This document shows, piece by piece, positions 19,563 to 30,000 of a DNA stretch of 64,000 nt. A program made the translations under genes and the position numbers. Each line of letters begins with the position of its first letter. Within the stretch, counting starts at the first letter, position 1. This DNA is from a virus. Its lineage: Duplodnaviria; Caudoviricetes. Under the pieces are notes generated by a model, which was given only the letters and a program-made list of their open reading frames with translations, had not been told where the DNA came from and did not search any database. The DNA is taken from IMG/VR virus record IMGVR_UViG_3300028591_000075, positions 32,001-96,000 of that record, one strand, 5' to 3'.

Positions 19563-21191
19563 TTATATCATGCTGGCAACTCGTTCACCGGGTCTCGACG
19601 GCAACTGTTCCTGAGGAGGCGCCTTTGGTGGCTGGGTGTTGTCCTTCTTGGGAGCACGCGGGCCACGGGTGGGTGCCTGGTTCGCCATGTAGGCTTCCTG
19701 TTCAGTGCGGAGTTCCTGGTAATGGGTCAGTTCTTCCTGGGTGGCATCGAACCACTTCATCTTCATGAAGTCGCACCTTGTCTGGAAGGTATCGGAGTTA
19801 CGTCCGAAACGGTTCTTCAAGAAAGTATGGTAGAACATGCCGCATTCGCGCAGAACGGAGTCGGATGTAATGGAAATCATCACGTCGGAGGTTTCTGAGT
19901 AACCGGAAGAACCCTGCACCGCCTCGATACCCGCATCGAGAGAATTGTAACCCATACGGTTGAACTGCACTGCGGAAAGGCCGGCGATATTGCGTTCAAT
20001 CAGGAAGTCACGGATCTGCTCGGCCTTGGCCACACCATCAAGATACATGCTGCGCTGCTCGGCAGCGGAGAGGCCCGGCTTCATGATGCCGATGTAGTCG
20101 ATGACCAGGAGGTCGAGCTTACCGAAAGTGGCCTCGAACTGGTCAACATACATTTCAATGTCAGCCGGAGTGGTGGTGGTCTTCAAGCGCTTAATCTGGA
20201 AGTTGCCATGGACACCATCGCCCTGGTTTGCACGGAGCGTTGCGTCAATCTTTGCGCGGCATTCTTCCTCGGTCATCTGCAGGATGTCGGGCATTGCCAC
20301 ATCACACAGGTTGGCTGCCAAACGCTGCCACAGGTAGTCTTCGGCAAGTTCGAGGGAGATGTAAAGGACATTGTACCCGTAGGAGTACGCGAACACGGCC
20401 TCGTTACCGAGGATAAGGCTCTTGCCGACGTTCGGCTGGCCGACATAGAGGGTAAGGGTCTTGCGGTAATATCCGCCACCCCTGATGGAACCATCCTTCT
20501 CGACAGTACCTGTCTTGGCGCGAATTTCGTTGATGGACGACGGGATGCATTCCTTGCGTTCCTTCAACAATGCAAGCGCGGTGCCAATGTCGTTGTAGAC
20601 ATTTAGACCGAGGTTCGTATGTAAAGAGAAATTTACCGCTTCTTTGAGTTTCGGTATCAGGTTGTTAATCCCGTCGACATGCCGGTCATGAACATTCTCC
20701 GCGGCACTGATGAGGATATTCTCGGTCATCCTTTCACGGAAATGACCTTCAATCAAATCTATGAGGTATTCCTGGCGAACGCCTACCATCGGCGTATTGC
20801 AGATATACCCGAGTTTCTGGACAAGCTGTTCTGAGAAACCGGTGGAACCCATGCCGAGGATAAGTTCCTGTGCAGTAGGGCTACGGCTGTATTTCTTCTC
20901 GAACTTCCCGATGACCTTGGTGAGCGCCTGGTTTACAGGGTCCACGAACATCTTCGGGTTCATGTACGCTCTCAGTTTCGGACCAATGATGTTATCATTG
21001 AAATATGTCCTAAGAACAAGGTCTTCCTTGCTAAGTTGTATGACCGGCACCGGTCGCGATGTTGGGTCCCAGGCTGGAGGTAGGGATGCCGCCAAGGCAT
21101 CCTGAGCCGCCCCCTGCTGTGCTGGAATCTGTACCGGCGCTGCCGGTTGGAAAGGGGGTGGTACTGTGTTTTCGATTACTGTATCTGACAT
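19563..21191 (-). CDS. gp41: Replicative DnaB-family helicase, T4 gp41-like
   Basis: Walker A GQPNVGKS, YISLEL, LVIDYIGIM, SAVQFNR, KNRFG. Confidence 0.93.
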   Translation of the reverse strand: MSDTVIENTVPPPFQPAAPVQIPAQQGAAQDALAASLPPAWDPTSRPVPVIQLSKEDLVLRTYFNDNIIGPKLRAYMNPKMFVDPVNQALTKVIGKFEKKYSRSPTAQELILGMGSTGFSEQLVQKLGYICNTPMVGVRQEYLIDLIEGHFRERMTENILISAAENVHDRHVDGINNLIPKLKEAVNFSLHTNLGLNVYNDIGTALALLKERKECIPSSINEIRAKTGTVEKDGSIRGGGYYRKTLTLYVGQPNVGKSLILGNEAVFAYSYGYNVLYISLELAEDYLWQRLAANLCDVAMPDILQMTEEECRAKIDATLRANQGDGVHGNFQIKRLKTTTTPADIEMYVDQFEATFGKLDLLVIDYIGIMKPGLSAAEQRSMYLDGVAKAEQIRDFLIERNIAGLSAVQFNRMGYNSLDAGIEAVQGSSGYSETSDVMISITSDSVLRECGMFYHTFLKNRFGRNSDTFQTRCDFMKMKWFDATQEELTHYQELRTEQEAYMANQAPTRGPRAPKKDNTQPPKAPPQEQLPSRPGERVASMI

Positions 21192-21268
21192 AATGATTGG
21201 GAACTAAAAATTCTGTATGCTGAAAATATAGCAAAAATATCTTGCGCTGAAAGAAAAATAAAAGAAAA

Positions 21269-21287
21269 AGTCGGGAAAGTCCCGACT
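21269..21287 (-). terminator. Intrinsic terminator after uvsX
   Basis: AGTCGGGA-AAG-TCCCGACT with an A-tract. Confidence 0.7.
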
Positions 21288-21307
21288 CTTTTCGACTTAC
21301 GAGATTT

Positions 21308-22639
21308 TTACTCGGCGGTTTCGTCCGAGACCACCATCGCCGCGGTTTCCGGTTCCGGTGCCTCTTCCTCTTCGCCGAGGGCCTTCGCCATGCTGGCAGC
21401 CTTCTTCTTGGATTCCTTCCTGGCCCTTTCGAGGTTGCGTTCGACTGCTTCCTCGTCCACTTCGAGACTTACGTTCTCGTCGATGCCATTCTCGCCGAGC
21501 TTGTCCGCGAGAGACTTGTTCTTGAAGGTCTCGTGAACATAGTCGTTAATCGGGTCGAGGATGGTACCGATGGTTTCCGCCTTGTGGAGGTCCTTGTTCA
21601 AGCAGGCAATCCATTCGGAACGCGGCTTGCGCGGATCCTTGATGACCCAGGCACCGGCATTGCCGATACGGCCAGCAGGAGGCGGAACATCCGGGAACTT
21701 GGAGGCGGTGTATGCTTCCAGGAGGCCGGCAGCCTTCGCGATATCATGGAGACCGTAGTACGGGTTCAGACCGGTCTTCCAGTCAAGGTACATCTTGACC
21801 TTGGTACCGACGTGGACAAAGCAGCTCTTCTTGATGTTCACGTTCAGGATAAGGCCGAGCTTGGTCTTGTCGGTCGCGGAAACGACTTCAAATCCAGTAG
21901 TGAGGTCGAAAATAACACGGGCGAAATACTTGGCGCCTTCACCGCCGGCGATTTCTTCCGGGTTGCCGTAGCTGGTCGGCTTCAAATACTTGTGGTTCGT
22001 GATGTACATCGGAACGCCGAGTTCGCCGCAACGGAATGTCATGTCGGTGAAGAAGGCCTTCAACTTCTTGGCCTTGGTCATGTCGGCGCTATCGGCACCC
22101 TTCTGGGCATCGTCCACACCCTTGTTAGTAAAGAGACCGCCCGCGGAGTCAAGCACGACCGCACACTTACGCTCATTCTCGAACTTCTCGCCCTTGTCTT
22201 CTTCAAGCTGGCTGACGAGCATGGACATACTGTGGTGGAATTCTTCGACCGTGTGCATACGGACGATTTCGAACTGGCCAGGGATGAAACCGAAGTTCTC
22301 AATGAGCATTTCTTCGGTAGTTTCGTTTTCAGTGTCGTACCAGAAGATGTAGTATCCCTGCTTCATGAGTTCGAGAGCAAAGTTCAGCTTGGCAATCAAG
22401 GACTTACCGGTTCCGAAGAAACCCACCGCCATGAAAAACTTGTTCATGTGGAATCCCTGATATACGTCACCGGACAAAGCCGCGTTAAACGCATAGGAAC
22501 CGCTGTTGATGAAACCATATTCCGGTCGTTTCTTGTTGTGGTCCAGGTACTTATCACCTGTCTTCAACTTGCGGAAGAAACCGAAATTTGGGGCGACTTG
22601 CACGCCTGATGTTGCTGTACTTGCTGCTTTCTTTGCCAT
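21308..22639 (-). CDS. uvsX: RecA-like recombinase UvsX
   Basis: INSGSYAFNAALSG, GFFGTGKS, YDTE, VVLDS, ITNH, GGEGAKY, GLNPYYGL. Confidence 0.93.
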   Translation of the reverse strand: MAKKAASTATSGVQVAPNFGFFRKLKTGDKYLDHNKKRPEYGFINSGSYAFNAALSGDVYQGFHMNKFFMAVGFFGTGKSLIAKLNFALELMKQGYYIFWYDTENETTEEMLIENFGFIPGQFEIVRMHTVEEFHHSMSMLVSQLEEDKGEKFENERKCAVVLDSAGGLFTNKGVDDAQKGADSADMTKAKKLKAFFTDMTFRCGELGVPMYITNHKYLKPTSYGNPEEIAGGEGAKYFARVIFDLTTGFEVVSATDKTKLGLILNVNIKKSCFVHVGTKVKMYLDWKTGLNPYYGLHDIAKAAGLLEAYTASKFPDVPPPAGRIGNAGAWVIKDPRKPRSEWIACLNKDLHKAETIGTILDPINDYVHETFKNKSLADKLGENGIDENVSLEVDEEAVERNLERARKESKKKAASMAKALGEEEEAPEPETAAMVVSDETAE

Positions 22640-22662
22640 AAGACACCTCTCTTTTCAACTGA

Positions 22663-22691
22663 AATTTAACTACTTATTCTCAAACTGTCAA
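22663..22691 (-). promoter_or_regulatory. Sigma70-type promoter TTGACA-17-TAAATT for uvsX
   Basis: Exact 17-bp spacer. Confidence 0.7.
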
Positions 22692-22707
22692 CTACTAAAT
22701 AACAAAA

Positions 22708-22736
22708 ATATCCACACTATCAACAACTTATCAACA
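22708..22736 (-). repeat. Three DnaA-box-like 9-mers upstream of the uvsX promoter
   Basis: ATATCCACA 22708, CTATCAACA 22717, TTATCAACA 22728. Confidence 0.7.
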
Positions 22737-22737
22737 C

Positions 22738-23664
22738 CTATGTCATCCTGGACAGTAGGTTCACCCCTCCCTGGACATGCTCCCACATGTCCATCTTGCC
22801 CATCATGGGGGTGCAGAATACCTTGAACTTGCCGTAGGTCACCTTGTGCCACGGGAAGTTGGAACTTTCCGGCAGCTTGAACGGGGCCATGCTCAGGACG
22901 ACGATGGGCCGGAACGAATTGGCCTTCTTCACATCAAGCACCGACTTGAAACCTTCAAGGGCCAGCATGCAGGATCCGTTCTCGGCGATATCCCTCAACA
23001 CGACCCGACCCGGCGTTTCCGCCGTCTCGATGAATATGAGCGCACTGGTCGGACCCTCAGTATGGAACATTGCCGACCTGGGGTCCCTCATTATGGAAAG
23101 GTATTCTTCAAGGTCGAAATATCCAAGCACCGGTATGCCACGGTTCTTCTTGTTCGGCATCTGGTTCACTGTATAGATGTAGCGGCTTAACAGCGGCTCC
23201 ATGAACTTGCCATCATCGAAGTCTATCCTGACCATCAGGTCATGTATGCCACGAAGGTCCTTCATGCGGTTCGCATTGAAAGTAATCCCACGGTGCATCT
23301 TGTCATAGACCATGTTTGGCTTTCCGGGAGCAGTGGAGAACTTCCCGGAAAACTTGTAGGTTCCGAAATCCAGGGTGGGGACATGGAAATGGTTAAGGGC
23401 CTCAGCCAGCGAAGTCGGATCCTTCACATTACCGACAACCCCATCTACGACGTAGACCTCGATACTCTTTCCATCCAGCTTCATCGCCGGCATGAAAACG
23501 CCATTTGAATTGTGATACCGGGCCTCCATGATATAGGTGCCCGCATTGGGAGAACCATCCTCGCGACAGATGCCGAGACGGAGGCCAACTTCCTTCCACC
23601 CAGTCTTGTAGTCGTCCACATAGACCAGGTGGGTATTAGTGGCGACTTGTTGTCCTAGCATCAT
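22738..23664 (-). CDS. Hypothetical protein (weak clamp-like hints)
   Basis: 308 aa, translationally coupled to the gp25-like gene; VATNTHL and C-terminal VFCTPM loosely echo DnaN motifs. Confidence 0.65.
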   Translation of the reverse strand: MMLGQQVATNTHLVYVDDYKTGWKEVGLRLGICREDGSPNAGTYIMEARYHNSNGVFMPAMKLDGKSIEVYVVDGVVGNVKDPTSLAEALNHFHVPTLDFGTYKFSGKFSTAPGKPNMVYDKMHRGITFNANRMKDLRGIHDLMVRIDFDDGKFMEPLLSRYIYTVNQMPNKKNRGIPVLGYFDLEEYLSIMRDPRSAMFHTEGPTSALIFIETAETPGRVVLRDIAENGSCMLALEGFKSVLDVKKANSFRPIVVLSMAPFKLPESSNFPWHKVTYGKFKVFCTPMMGKMDMWEHVQGGVNLLSRMT

Positions 23665-24941
23665 CTAACGAGAGTTCCCCTACTCTTGAACGGGAGAACG
23701 ATGTACTCGGAGTTCCCGTTCGGCAAGACAACGGCGATGATGATACGGATGGTGTTGGCATCGTAGTCGATATCTATCTTGCTTTCCTCATAGTCCACCG
23801 ATACCCTGGGTTCGTATTCGTTGATGGCGGTGAAACATTCCTGCAGAATGCTTGTCTCGTCATCCTCATTCATGATACTGAATACCCGTTCCTCGATGGT
23901 CGTACCGAAGTCCGGATTGAACAGACGCTCACCCTTCCTGGTAAGAAGAATGTTGTAGATGTTCTGAATGAGGCTATTCTCGTCAGTAATTTCAACAAAA
24001 TTGTTGAAACCGAGGTCCCGGTTGTACACGGCAGAATGACTGACGCGCTCATCTTCCCTTCCAGGGCGGGAAGGATCCGTAAAGAATTTGTTACGCTTTG
24101 TCGCACTCGCATCGTAGTACACTCGCGTAGACTTGCTCACCGGAACCCCATCGGCATCGGTAATCACGAGTTCGGACATACCCTCGACCTTTCCCGGTAT
24201 ATCAGGTACGACAATCTTCAACGAAGTGTCGTTACCCGACAGAATAGTCGCCGGTTCGTCATCTATCATCACAACCAGGTCGGAAATACCAGCACCAAAC
24301 GACCGATCGGCATCGGCAATGGTAATAGTCGCACGTCCATCCGGAGCAAGAGTTGTAGGCGTGACATTGATATCAAACGGCTCAAGGACGGGTGTTTCGC
24401 CTTCATCAATCGTTATTTCAATCGGACTATCGGACTCATTGGAGCCGATGGTCATCTCGCCCTCGAACTCAAAGTCGCGGTAAGTGTCGATCGCCAGCGA
24501 TACCTGGGCCAGGTTGCGACGCTTCCACCCCTTGACAATCGAATCCGGAATGGTGAAAACCACCGGGTTCTTCTCGAACCCTTCCGGTGGATCGGTGTCA
24601 ACGTACCCATCACAGTCATGGTCGGCAATCGGCTTGCTTATCGCAATGGGGCTCACGTTTACCTTGTCATCCACCTTGTCATAAGGGTCACTGCCAATCC
24701 AGTTGGAATCGCTCATCTCGTATAGACCGAGCATGCCGATTTCATTGCCAAGCACATTGGTCGATGTGACCGTCACGCTGACCTTAATGACCGGATTTGG
24801 CGTATCATACAAGCCAGAAAGTGGGAACTTGAATGCGACAAAGGACGACTCGGACACCGGCAGGTCGGTGGCATCACTATGCGTGACACCATCATCACCT
24901 ACCCTGAAAAAGGTATCGTATGTCGGGCTGAATGTACTCAC
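23661..24941 (-). CDS. gp25: Baseplate wedge gp25-like protein with N-terminal beta-rich/Ig(TIG)-like extension
   Basis: C-terminal SLIQNIYNILLTRKGERLFNPDFGT...INEYEPRV is the GPW/gp25 signature. Confidence 0.85.
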   Translation of the reverse strand: MSTFSPTYDTFFRVGDDGVTHSDATDLPVSESSFVAFKFPLSGLYDTPNPVIKVSVTVTSTNVLGNEIGMLGLYEMSDSNWIGSDPYDKVDDKVNVSPIAISKPIADHDCDGYVDTDPPEGFEKNPVVFTIPDSIVKGWKRRNLAQVSLAIDTYRDFEFEGEMTIGSNESDSPIEITIDEGETPVLEPFDINVTPTTLAPDGRATITIADADRSFGAGISDLVVMIDDEPATILSGNDTSLKIVVPDIPGKVEGMSELVITDADGVPVSKSTRVYYDASATKRNKFFTDPSRPGREDERVSHSAVYNRDLGFNNFVEITDENSLIQNIYNILLTRKGERLFNPDFGTTIEERVFSIMNEDDETSILQECFTAINEYEPRVSVDYEESKIDIDYDANTIRIIIAVVLPNGNSEYIVLPFKSRGTLVR

Positions 24942-24950
24942 ATTACCCCA

Positions 24951-27578
24951 CTAGAAACGGTTGCGTCCAAATCTGGCAATAGTCGGTGCCGCTGGTTTAG
25001 GCGGTTGCTTGTTAGTAGGCTCCACGCGCTTCACACGTTCCTTGCCGGCATCGCTCATGTGCAAGTCTACGACGCCACTGCCCTGATTATTGATTGTACG
25101 AGCCTTATCCTCAATATCAGCCTTGTCTTCGCATGTTTTGAGGTCGGCCATATACGTGCTCAATGTACCAGGTTCCATATCGCAAAGTGTTTCGGCGCAG
25201 TCGCAGATGCACTGGAACGGATCCATCTCAGAAATGTACGCTATGGCACCTGGGATGCCAGATGATTTCAAATTGTTCAACGGCACATTGCAATCCGGGT
25301 ACATGTCGCCATACATGATGTTACCGCCTTCCTGCCCGACCATAATCTCCGGAGCGGCATCTTCCAGGCGCCTTGCCATAGCAACTACGTCATCAGCGTT
25401 CATTTTCAGAATGTACTGATGGATGAGCCCCCTATTCATCGGCTTGGTACCCATCAAGGATGCAAATCGGGCCGCACTGGTAATCAGCGATGGCGTATTG
25501 GTCGGCAATTCAAATAGACCACCCATCATATACACCAGATAACCCTTACCGAATGTCACAAGGCTTTCGGTCTGATTTCCGCGTTCCAATGCATCATAGC
25601 ACTTACGGGCAAGTTCATCCAAGTGAACGTCCGGAGTAGCCTTCTCCCTGATTTCCTCGGGGGACATATGTTCAATATCTCCAATGTCACCGCCAATCTC
25701 ACTGTTCTTGATATGCCGAGACATTGCCCCATTGAAATTCTCAATCGCACGAAGAACCGCACGTGTACTGCCATCCAAGCTCATATTCTTGCCGGCCTCG
25801 GCAATTATCGACGGTTCATTATCAAAAATGATTGCCGACATGCCACTGGCATTCTTGGTAGAATACTCCCTTCCAAGCGTTTCGCAAAGCCACTTCATCA
25901 CGGCAGCAGAGAATTTGGATAGTGTTCCAATCTCATTACCACTTGCCAAAGCATCACCCAGCATGTCCCCAGTACCGGACATCTCGGCAACCTTTTTAGC
26001 ACCGGTTCCACCAAGTAACCGCATGAGGCCATTCGCCGACCACTGTTCGCCTACGTTTGCGTTGATAACAGACATCCCATTACCATCGTCACGATGGGAC
26101 ATGAGATTATCCGCCCAGCGGTTTTCATCATCCTTCTCGCCACCGCCATTTCCACCCTTTCCATTCGCTCCACCTTTTCCATTGCCCTTCCCGGACTGAT
26201 CGGTGGAAATTTTACCTACATTGAGTGTGATTGGAAGTAGGACACCTTTGCGCACCAAATAGTTGATAACACCCAAGTATCGGCTCTCATCATACGCGGC
26301 ACCATATAGATTACCATGAAATTTGGTAGCGCCAAGGGAATTAACTGGCCGAACCTCAGCTCCAACATGGTCAGGACTCCTATCGGCATCAGCCAAATAA
26401 TCGTCAAACATTGTATTGAAATCGGTTACGAAGCCTTCGGTACCCAAGACAATCACCTTGTCATCGGAACGTTCGAGCGTTCCGTACCTAGGACTGGCAA
26501 ACTTTTTGGGAATGTCCTTACGGCCACCGAGCTGTTCAACCAGGCCAGGTTTGTTGGTTCCGTTGGCGAGAATATCAAGGGCCATACCCTTGACCGCATC
26601 ATCAGCCATATCATACCCATTGAACCTGTTCCGTATCCAATCTTCACATGCCTGGAGGTCAGAAGTCAACACGAACTGGTTGAGTACACTCGTCTTGTCA
26701 TTGACTACCGTCTTAGACTTGATGCCGAGGGTTTCGCCTGCCCGTGGTATTGGAGTACGTTTGTCATTGGCCAAATGCGACGCACGCAGCAAATAATACA
26801 TCAGGGAGCCATTCTTCATGAAGTTGCCTTCACCATGAAGTCGGGCATCAAGCTGCTTAATAATAGTTGGGAGTTTTTTCTGGAAAATGTCCAAAACACC
26901 ACTCACCGCTGTATCGGTAGAGTCGCCGTGGTTTCTTCCACTGTAATTATTATACTCGGTACTGAACAGAGTCCTAACTTCATCTTCGGTGATGAGCTGG
27001 CCGGCGTCTTTCAGATACTCACGGTTTTCATAGGCATAGTCAAACAGCGACTTCCAGTTTTCCTGAACTTCCGCAACGGAATAGTTGTTTTCTGCGTCAA
27101 GTTGGCGCTGGCGCTCTTTGGCGCGACGCGCTTCCTCTTCACGTTCAGCCTTTGTCAAACGTGTCGGCTTTCTCTTGGTGATAACCAATTTTTGGTCATC
27201 GCCGGTTTTACCACCCACAACACCTTTGAGAACACGCCCGGTGGGAGCCGGCTGTTCAGCGGGAGCCTCGGCACCATGTTCCGGTTCCGTAGGGGCCGGA
27301 GTTTCCGACTGTTCGGAAGATTCCCCACCTTCCGGGGTTCCAAAGAGATTTTCCTCCCCAAGATCAAGCATTCCCTGTTCCGGGTCACCGAACAGATTAT
27401 CCTCGCCCAAATCAATCATGTCCAGCTTGCCACCCTTGGCAGCCTCCATAATGGATTCAGTCTTCACAGATACACCGGCTTTCCTCTTACCTTCTGCAAC
27501 CGCGTCGGTCAAACGCTTCCAAATTCGCGCAAATGCCGCTTTCGGGCTAAGTTGTGAGGATGTCATTTCAGTGGCCAT
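24951..27578 (-). CDS. Large hypothetical late protein (875 aa)
   Basis: Long ORF, TATAAACT at 27607-27614, TESIMEAA near the N-terminus, duplicated DLGE(D/E)NLFG. Confidence 0.8.
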   Translation of the reverse strand: MATEMTSSQLSPKAAFARIWKRLTDAVAEGKRKAGVSVKTESIMEAAKGGKLDMIDLGEDNLFGDPEQGMLDLGEENLFGTPEGGESSEQSETPAPTEPEHGAEAPAEQPAPTGRVLKGVVGGKTGDDQKLVITKRKPTRLTKAEREEEARRAKERQRQLDAENNYSVAEVQENWKSLFDYAYENREYLKDAGQLITEDEVRTLFSTEYNNYSGRNHGDSTDTAVSGVLDIFQKKLPTIIKQLDARLHGEGNFMKNGSLMYYLLRASHLANDKRTPIPRAGETLGIKSKTVVNDKTSVLNQFVLTSDLQACEDWIRNRFNGYDMADDAVKGMALDILANGTNKPGLVEQLGGRKDIPKKFASPRYGTLERSDDKVIVLGTEGFVTDFNTMFDDYLADADRSPDHVGAEVRPVNSLGATKFHGNLYGAAYDESRYLGVINYLVRKGVLLPITLNVGKISTDQSGKGNGKGGANGKGGNGGGEKDDENRWADNLMSHRDDGNGMSVINANVGEQWSANGLMRLLGGTGAKKVAEMSGTGDMLGDALASGNEIGTLSKFSAAVMKWLCETLGREYSTKNASGMSAIIFDNEPSIIAEAGKNMSLDGSTRAVLRAIENFNGAMSRHIKNSEIGGDIGDIEHMSPEEIREKATPDVHLDELARKCYDALERGNQTESLVTFGKGYLVYMMGGLFELPTNTPSLITSAARFASLMGTKPMNRGLIHQYILKMNADDVVAMARRLEDAAPEIMVGQEGGNIMYGDMYPDCNVPLNNLKSSGIPGAIAYISEMDPFQCICDCAETLCDMEPGTLSTYMADLKTCEDKADIEDKARTINNQGSGVVDLHMSDAGKERVKRVEPTNKQPPKPAAPTIARFGRNRF

Positions 27579-27655
27579 AATATGCTTCCCATCAATGTTT
27601 AACTGCAGTTTATAGATATATGCACATCAAAAATGCGCCCAACCGGGCGCATTCG

Positions 27656-28588
27656 TTAGATATCTTCCTCGTCGGGAATTTCCGGGGGCGTTTCCTCATC
27701 GCTCTCGGCTTCGATTTCCTTAGCGATGGCCTCGTCTTCAAGTTCACGCAACTTACTGTGGAACATTGCGTAGCACTCCTCCACACCTTCCGTATCCAAG
27801 GTAAAGGCATCGATGGGCAGAACCTCATCCTCGAAAATGCCCCTGGCAGCACGGGTCAATACAGGTGCATTAGGTACCCATACATCGAACACCGAACCAT
27901 CCGTCGAACAGATGCTACCGATGCAAATGATATCCGGAAGTCCGCCATAGGCAATGACTTCCCGCATTCCAGCCGGTATCCCACGCTCGGCAACCGGATC
28001 CTTCACGAAATCCTTGTTGGCACGAATCATGCGGCTCTCGTCAGTATCAAATGCATAGATTTCAAGCCTGGTACCGCCATCCTTCGAGATGACGCCAATT
28101 CGCTCGTTTATCTTGGCATTGACGATATGTTCCTCGGCAACCATCTCGTCTATGTCGGGAGACGACATGGGCAAGTTGTGCATGAGGAATTCCTTGGCAT
28201 GTTCAAGAACGTTCGCTCCGCTCTGGGTGTACCCAAGGGAATATACATGCCGGTTGTTCTGGCCATAGACCTTGGATATCAGGCGCCCACCATCGCGTGT
28301 CACCACGGCATCGCCGAGACCGGCGCCGTCAATGGCATACGGGGAGGACAGAATGAAGGGGATGCCGGCATACAGGAACACGATGAGCATTTCCGCATGG
28401 ATATTCCCGATCGTTCCGGTAGCGATATAGAACGGAACCGGAGTATAGAACAACTCCGGACTTCCCATCATCCCGTCAATTTCATCCTTGAAAAGCTGGA
28501 CAATGTCGGAACCGTCCTCATCGGACAGGACGACACTGTACTGCTCGAAGCATGAACATAGGCCAAGCTGGCAAGGTACTGAAACCAT
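27656..28588 (-). CDS. Acidic hypothetical protein
   Basis: 310-aa ORF followed by a hairpin. Confidence 0.7.
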   Translation of the reverse strand: MVSVPCQLGLCSCFEQYSVVLSDEDGSDIVQLFKDEIDGMMGSPELFYTPVPFYIATGTIGNIHAEMLIVFLYAGIPFILSSPYAIDGAGLGDAVVTRDGGRLISKVYGQNNRHVYSLGYTQSGANVLEHAKEFLMHNLPMSSPDIDEMVAEEHIVNAKINERIGVISKDGGTRLEIYAFDTDESRMIRANKDFVKDPVAERGIPAGMREVIAYGGLPDIICIGSICSTDGSVFDVWVPNAPVLTRAARGIFEDEVLPIDAFTLDTEGVEECYAMFHSKLRELEDEAIAKEIEAESDEETPPEIPDEEDI

Positions 28589-28591
28589 AAC

Positions 28592-28954
28592 TTAGAGCAA
28601 CTTGGACAGGGATGCAACAATCTTTTCGTAGAGAGGAGAAGCGCTGTGGTCGGGCGTGTTCTTCTTCTCTTCATCGATCTGTTCCTGCACGTCCTTGACG
28701 TACTGGGCAATCGTATCGATGATTGGCTTGGGGAAACTGGCCGTGTCGTATTCGAACTTGCGGTCAGGGCAGTTGCACTCGACCGTACCGTCAACCACCT
28801 TCACTTCAAATTCCTTGGCTTCCTCGTCGGTAATCTGGATGACTTCCAGGAATTCCGGGAAGGAGAAGTAGGTCACCCTCGTAGAGGGGATCTGGTGGGC
28901 GTACTTGACGATATCGTACCTTTCGGCAATCGTGAGACTGATTTTCTTGCTCAT
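28592..28954 (-). CDS. Hypothetical protein
   Basis: 120 aa, GAGG RBS, ATAGTTT upstream. Confidence 0.75.
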   Translation of the reverse strand: MSKKISLTIAERYDIVKYAHQIPSTRVTYFSFPEFLEVIQITDEEAKEFEVKVVDGTVECNCPDRKFEYDTASFPKPIIDTIAQYVKDVQEQIDEEKKNTPDHSASPLYEKIVASLSKLL

Positions 28955-28970
28955 ATCTTTAATTCCTCGC

Positions 28971-29957
28971 TTAACCGGAAACTATATCCGTTCTTGCTTT
29001 TGAAAGTTCTTCCAGCTTCCCCCGGATGGCATCCGGGTCCTTTTCGTCAGCCGGCATGAAGATGAATTCACAGGGATACTCGGTTCCCATGAACTTTTCC
29101 ATGGTTTCCCGGTAGCCGTAGGTCTGCCCAGGGGGTATCCGCTTTACCATCAGGGGCCCCGGATAGTCGATTTCCACGGCATGGCCCAGGATGAAGCCCT
29201 CGACCGGTATGTTGTGGATATACAGGAACTTATCCCCATCAAAACTCAGGTGCTCGGTCGCCTTCGGATGGAATTCCATGACCAGGTTACCGTTCATGCC
29301 GCCGAAGCGGCCACCATTTCCCTTTCCGGGCACAACCATGTCAACAACACCCTTCTTGTAGTGGAATGAGTGGCTGACCTGCTTGCTTGACATCCCCGTG
29401 CCATGGCACACGGCGCATTCGCCCACCGGTACCATCCCGGCGCCATTGCATTTCGGGCACTTCATTACGCGGTCACCCTCGTTGGTCACCGTGCGCACAT
29501 TGCGCTCACCGTGGCAATTAGGGCATGTTTCCAGATGGTCGCCACCGGTTCCGGAGCATTCCAGGCACTCATGTTCAACCATGTAATTTACTGTCATGAT
29601 GGGGGCACCCTTCATGAACGTCTCCATCGAAATTTCCACATTCACCGGGACATCGGTACCGTCCACCTTACGCGGGTCGCTCGTAGTCGGCGCCTGCCCG
29701 AAGTTCTTGGCTACATCGGACTTACCCATCGCGGCACTCCATGTGGCCATCGTGCTGGAAAACGAGTGCGAAGCATCATACTTGCGGCGCAATTCAGGCG
29801 TCTTGATCTTGGCATACGCCTCGTTCAGTTCGGCCATCTGCTCCGGACTGCCCCCGTGGTCGGGATGCAGGTCACGCGCACGTTTCTTGTACACAGCATG
29901 AATTTCCTCGTCGCTGGCCTTCCTGGACACACCTATAATGGCATAAACGTCTTTCAT
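28971..29957 (-). CDS. dnaJ: DnaJ co-chaperone
   Basis: J-domain with HPD; four CxxCxG(xG) repeats; GKGNGG...NGNL. Confidence 0.93.
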   Translation of the reverse strand: MKDVYAIIGVSRKASDEEIHAVYKKRARDLHPDHGGSPEQMAELNEAYAKIKTPELRRKYDASHSFSSTMATWSAAMGKSDVAKNFGQAPTTSDPRKVDGTDVPVNVEISMETFMKGAPIMTVNYMVEHECLECSGTGGDHLETCPNCHGERNVRTVTNEGDRVMKCPKCNGAGMVPVGECAVCHGTGMSSKQVSHSFHYKKGVVDMVVPGKGNGGRFGGMNGNLVMEFHPKATEHLSFDGDKFLYIHNIPVEGFILGHAVEIDYPGPLMVKRIPPGQTYGYRETMEKFMGTEYPCEFIFMPADEKDPDAIRGKLEELSKARTDIVSG

Positions 29958-30000
29958 GTTATTCCTCTCGGGGTATAAACTATCTCCAAGAGGTTACATC

